DNA of 9,481 nucleotides from a virus (Duplodnaviria > Heunggongvirae > Uroviricota > Caudoviricetes), in IMG/VR virus record IMGVR_UViG_2711768076_000006, positions 1-9,481 of that record, one strand, 5' to 3'. The notes below the pieces were generated by a model. The model was not told where the DNA came from. It searched no databases and was given only the letters and a program-made list of their open reading frames with translations. Shown one piece after another: positions 6,602 through 9,481 of the stretch. How positions within the stretch are numbered: the stretch's first letter is position 1; each line of letters opens with the position of its first letter. A program made the position numbers and the translations under genes.

Positions 6602-7078
6602 ATGCTTAGTGGTAAAGACTTAGGCCGAGCGATAGAGCAGGCCATTAATAAAAAAATTGCATCAGGAGCCGTCAAATCAAAGGCGGAGATCGCACGCCAT
6701 TTCAAAGTCCAACCACCATCAATCCATGACTGGATTAAGAAAGGTTCGATAAGTAAAGATAAACTTCCAGAACTATGGCGTTTCTTTTCTGATGTGGTTG
6801 GTCCAGAGCATTGGGGGCTTAACGAATACCCCATACCAACCCCTTCCTGCTCAGATTCAAAAAGAGAACTTTTAGACATAAACAGCCTTTATCAAGCCGC
6901 TTCTGATGAAAAAAGAGCAATTGTAGCCTTCCTCTTATCTGGAAATGCTGCGGAGCCTGGTTGGGTTGATTATGACGTTCGCGCCTACATTACTGCAATG
7001 GAAATGAAGGTAAGTAACTATCTGAAAAATCAAGAATCAGAACGGAAAAGCCAGAACATCACCAAAACGGGAACTTAA
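6602..7078 (+). CDS. racR: Prophage repressor, RacR-like
   Basis: 158 aa (MLSGKDLGRAIEQAINKK...), the same length as Rac RacR. AGGAG upstream. Flanked on both sides by the same operator palindrome family. Confidence 0.82.
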   Translation: MLSGKDLGRAIEQAINKKIASGAVKSKAEIARHFKVQPPSIHDWIKKGSISKDKLPELWRFFSDVVGPEHWGLNEYPIPTPSCSDSKRELLDINSLYQAASDEKRAIVAFLLSGNAAEPGWVDYDVRAYITAMEMKVSNYLKNQESERKSQNITKTGT

Positions 7079-7175
7079 ACTTATATGGTCCGACGGGAAG
7101 CACCTAGATCCCGTTATTTAGCTCCCATTACCTCTTCCACATACCATCGCCTATTAGGTTGTGCGCAAAAGGCAT

Positions 7176-7213
7176 TAGGCATAGCCTATTGACAAGCAAT
7201 TAGGCATTACCTA
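7176..7213. promoter_or_regulatory. Left-operator-like region: two TAGGC-N3-(G/A)CCTA sites downstream of racR, upstream of the + strand early operon
   Basis: Cores at 7176-7188 and 7201-7213, 25 bp apart. The 21-mer at 7175-7195 is the exact reverse complement of 6528-6548. Confidence 0.5.
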
Positions 7214-7398
7214 TAGTTTTCTCATACCAACCCACCCCGCCCCACAGAATGCAGGGCAATACTTTGAGTTACCAGGCAGTGGTCAGGGGGTAAGTAGCCA
7301 GCCCGAGGCGTAAGAACATGACGGCAGGGTTCAACTTTAATAACTATGCAGCAGGTTTTTGTTCCGCTACCCCGGCGTTAAGGGGAAATGAGGTCAGC

Positions 7399-7554
7399 AT
7401 GGATACTATCGATCTTGGCAACAACGAATCTCTGGTGTACGGCGTGTTTCCCAACCAGGACGGTACGTTCACCGCGATGACGTATACCAAAAGCAAAACG
7501 TTTAAAACCGAAAATGGTGCCCGTCGCTGGCTGGAAAGATACTCAGGTGAGTGA
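7399..7554 (+). CDS. YdfA/YdaF-family small prophage protein (51 aa)
   Basis: ATG at 7399 with GAGG 5 nt upstream (MDTIDLGNNESLVYGVFPNQDG...). The alternative ATG at 7318 would give 78 aa. Confidence 0.6.
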   Translation: MDTIDLGNNESLVYGVFPNQDGTFTAMTYTKSKTFKTENGARRWLERYSGE

Positions 7555-7555
7555 T

Positions 7556-8131
7556 ATGGATTTCAACACGATCATGGGAAAGGCTTACGAAGAATACTTC
7601 GAAGGCCTTGCCGAAGGCGAAGAAGCTCTCAGCTTCAGTGAGTTTAAACAGGCACTCAGAATAAGAATGTGCTCTCACAATGACGCGGAGCACAAATATG
7701 AGAAGCAAAATCAGACCGCAGAAAATTTTGTTCTGGAACCCGGAGAAACGCTTTTCAAAATTCCCGTTACGTGCCCCATTTGCGGTTTTACATCAGAAGA
7801 ACTTGACGACTCCTGTAACAATCAGGAAACAACCAAGTATGTCGAAGATGATACCGAGTGCGCACGAAGAACGATTATATCCACGAGTCCAAACTCCAGG
7901 ACCAATAAATCTCACTTTGAGAGGGTGATTAATCCACTCCCCCAAACCAATAAAAAAGATGCCGGAGGACAAAAAACCCAATGGAACAACGGGATATCTG
8001 TCAAAAAAAGACGTTCCATTAAAGACAAACAACGCAGCGCCAACAACTGTAAGCACTTTATACCAGTAATCAATTTTCATGTTCTTAAGCGGATTTATTG
8101 GTGGTTGCGACATTGCTTAATGAATCCTTAA
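7556..8131 (+). CDS. Small early-operon protein whose frame runs on for 191 codons; only the N-terminal ~90 aa look protein-like
   Basis: ATG at 7556 is 1 nt after the upstream TGA, with GGTGAG upstream. Beyond about 7800 the frame is rich in AGA, AGG, ATA and CGA codons and lies antisense to a membrane-protein ORF. Confidence 0.3.
   Translation: MDFNTIMGKAYEEYFEGLAEGEEALSFSEFKQALRIRMCSHNDAEHKYEKQNQTAENFVLEPGETLFKIPVTCPICGFTSEELDDSCNNQETTKYVEDDTECARRTIISTSPNSRTNKSHFERVINPLPQTNKKDAGGQKTQWNNGISVKKRRSIKDKQRSANNCKHFIPVINFHVLKRIYWWLRHCLMNP
7793..8113 (-). CDS. Putative small inner-membrane protein in the sieB position (superinfection-exclusion-like)
   Basis: 106 aa with three hydrophobic segments (YKVLTVVGAALFVF, VVPLGFLSSGIFFIGLG, ALGIIFDILGCFLIVTGVV). 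ATG at 8113 with AAGGA 11 nt upstream; alternative ATG at 8080. Convergent with the early operon, as sieB is in lambda and Rac. Confidence 0.4.
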   Translation of the reverse strand: MSQPPINPLKNMKIDYWYKVLTVVGAALFVFNGTSFFDRYPVVPLGFLSSGIFFIGLGEWINHPLKVRFIGPGVWTRGYNRSSCALGIIFDILGCFLIVTGVVKFF

Positions 8132-8390
8132 AACTGTGGTGATTTTAAGGATACCACCTCGCCTGACGTTGTTAAAAGCAGGCACACAACACGAAAGCGC
8201 ACGGCGAAGTTCGTCTCACTGTACGGTGTCGTTAAATTTAATTCGACCGTGCGCTTCCGGTTGTGGCAACCCGCGAAATGGCGCGGCGGTAAGTATGGCG
8301 GGGTTATTCCTTCCCCGTTGAGGACACCGGGTTGTCAGGTTGACCATACGCTTAAGTGACAACTCCGCTGCAACGCCCTCTGTTATCAAT

Positions 8391-8448
8391 TTTCTGGTGA
8401 CTTTTGGCGGTATCAGTTCTACTCCGTGACTGCTCTGCCGCCCTTTTT
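8391..8448 (+). ncRNA. dicF: DicF small RNA (antisense inhibitor of ftsZ translation) with its 3' terminator
   Basis: TTTCTGGTGACTTTTGGCGGTATCAGTTCTACTCCGTGACTGCTCTGCCGCCC plus a T-run closely matches the K-12 DicF sequence as I recall it. It sits immediately upstream of dicB as in Qin. Confidence 0.7.
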
Positions 8449-8617
8449 AAAGTGAATTTTGTGATGTGGTGAATGCGGCTAAGCGCACGCGGAACAGTTA
8501 AAACCAAAAACAGTGTTATGGGTGGATTCTCTGTATCCGGCGTTAATTGTTAACTGGTTAACGTCACCTGGAGGCACCAGGCACCGCATCACAAAATTCA
8601 TTGTTGAGGACGCGATA

Positions 8618-8806
8618 ATGGAAACGTTATTACCAAACGTTAATACGTCTGAAGGTTGTTTTGAAATTGGTGTCACTATCAGTAACCCTGTATTTACTGA
8701 AGATGCCATTAACAAGAGAAAACACGAACGGGAGTTATTAAATAAAATATGCATTCTTTCAATGCTGGCCCGTTTACGTCCGACACAAAAAGGATGCTGG
8801 CAATGA
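8618..8806 (+). CDS. dicB: Cell division inhibitor DicB (62 aa)
   Basis: METLLPNVNTSEGCFEIGVTISNPVFTEDAINKRK... matches DicB from memory. GAGGA upstream of the ATG at 8618. Confidence 0.85.
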   Translation: METLLPNVNTSEGCFEIGVTISNPVFTEDAINKRKHERELLNKICILSMLARLRPTQKGCWQ

Positions 8807-8994
8807 ATACAGCATTTGCACTTGTTCTGACAGTTTTTCTTGTTTCCGGAGAACCAGTTGATATTGCAGTCAGTGTTCACAGGACAATGCAGGAGTGTGT
8901 GACTGCAGCAACCGAACAGAAAATTCCCGGTAACTGTTACCCGGTCGATAAAGTTATTCACCTGGATAATAACGAAATCCCGGCAGGTCTTTAA
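8803..8994 (+). CDS. ydfD: YdfD-like small protein with N-terminal hydrophobic segment (63 aa)
   Basis: ATG at 8803 overlaps the dicB stop (ATGA). MNTAFALVLTVFLVSGEPVDIAVSVHRT... AAAGGA about 10 nt upstream. Confidence 0.8.
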   Translation: MNTAFALVLTVFLVSGEPVDIAVSVHRTMQECVTAATEQKIPGNCYPVDKVIHLDNNEIPAGL

Positions 8995-9086
8995 AACAGT
9001 TCCGTAATAAACATCCGATTTCATTCTTATATGCCAGCAATGGCAGGGATTTGTTCACCCTTAAATCTGTAATGAGGTAAAACAAA

Positions 9087-9481
9087 ATGAGTAAAGTCTT
9101 TATTTGCGCCGCCATTCCGGACGAACAGGCAATAAAGGAAGAAGGTGCAGTCGCTGTAGCTACTGCCATTGAAGCCGGTGATGAACGTCGCGCCCGCGCA
9201 AAATTTCACTGGCAATTCCTGGAACATTATCCGGCTGCTCAGGACTGCGCTTATAAATTTCTTGTCTGCGAGGATAAACCCGGTATACCCCGCCCTGCCC
9301 TCGATTCCTGGGATGCTGAATATATGCAGGAAAACCGCTGGGATGAGGCGTCTGCTTCCTTTGTCCCGGTTGAGACTGAATCAGATCCGATGAACGTCAC
9401 TTTTGACAAGCTGGCCCCTGAAGTACAGAACGCTGTCATGGTTAAGTTCGACACATGTGAAAACATCACCGTTGATATGGT
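9087..9481 (+). CDS. ydfE: YdfE-like protein, N-terminal part only (continues past the window end)
   Basis: Hand-translated open frame from ATG 9087 (MSKVFICAAIPDEQAIKEEGAVAVATAIEAGDERR...) with no stop before the window end; TGAGGT 8 nt upstream. Absent from the ORF track because it has no stop in the window. Confidence 0.7.
   Translation, partial: MSKVFICAAIPDEQAIKEEGAVAVATAIEAGDERRARAKFHWQFLEHYPAAQDCAYKFLVCEDKPGIPRPALDSWDAEYMQENRWDEASASFVPVETESDPMNVTFDKLAPEVQNAVMVKFDTCENITVDM

Larger units (their letters stand above)
1..9481. mobile_element. Lambdoid prophage early region (Rac/Qin-type mosaic): immunity, replication, cell-division inhibition, type I toxin and a moron
   Basis: Gene content and order: repressor flanked by operator clusters, divergent cro-like operon with O-like and DnaC-like genes and in-gene iterons, dicF/dicB module, hok/mok. 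No integrase or att site lies in the window, so the element boundaries are not visible. Confidence 0.85.

Noticed and set aside
6595-6879. - strand ORF (94 aa)
   Set aside because: Antisense to racR.
7318-7398. Longer 78-aa form of the ydfA-like gene from ATG 7318
   Set aside because: Possible (GAGG 9 nt upstream), but the 51-aa form from 7399 matches the usual family size and has the better RBS spacing. Kept as an alternative, not as a separate gene.
7502-7928. ORFs 7502-7708 (-) and 7680-7928 (+)
   Set aside because: Antisense or alternative-frame shadows of the early-operon gene and the sieB-like ORF.
8136-8321. + strand ORF (61 aa, GTG start)
   Set aside because: Rare codons, no RBS, in the dicF precursor region; a different frame here is stop-free but lacks a start (see findings).
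8513-8802. N-terminal extensions of track ORFs 8513-8806 and 8749-8994
   Set aside because: The internal ATGs at 8618 and 8803 have proper RBSs and give the expected 62-aa and 63-aa proteins.
8479-9024. - strand ORF (181 aa)
   Set aside because: Antisense to dicB and ydfD; Cys/Asn-rich shadow composition.
8954-9469. ORFs 8954-9169 (-), 9027-9227 (-), 9169-9393 (+), 9251-9469 (-)
   Set aside because: Overlap the ydfD 3' end and the ydfE-like frame in antisense or other frames.
1-9481. CRISPR arrays, tRNA/rRNA genes, transposase or IS elements
   Set aside because: No regularly spaced repeat-spacer array, no tRNA T-loop motif (GTTCGA/GTTCAA) in a cloverleaf context, and no transposase-like ORF or terminal inverted repeats were seen.

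Overview
This window reads as the early/immunity region of a lambdoid prophage of the Escherichia Rac/Qin type, with no obvious host housekeeping genes. Nothing here was searched against a database: every gene name rests on reading the translations and on recalled similarity to E. coli K-12 prophage proteins. Layout: a RacR-like repressor (+ strand, 6602-7078) sits between two operator clusters. To its left, on the - strand, runs a cro-side operon: ydaS-like, ydaT-like, an O-like replication initiator with the origin iterons inside it, a DnaC-like helicase loader and a DUF1627-like protein. Further left are a low-GC moron encoding a secreted ModA-like solute-binding protein with no transporter partner, a hok/mok type I toxin locus, a rem-like gene, and a ydfU-like gene that runs off the window start and was missed by the ORF track. 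To the right of the repressor, on the + strand, are a ydfA-like small gene, a run-on ORF that overlaps a convergent sieB-like membrane ORF, then dicF sRNA, dicB, ydfD and the start of ydfE. I found no CRISPR array, tRNA, rRNA or transposase. The best candidates for something undescribed are the orphan solute-binding-protein moron with its adjacent 0.85 kb of unassigned sequence (1618-3235) and the unresolved overlapping pair at 7556-8131; neither can be settled from sequence alone.
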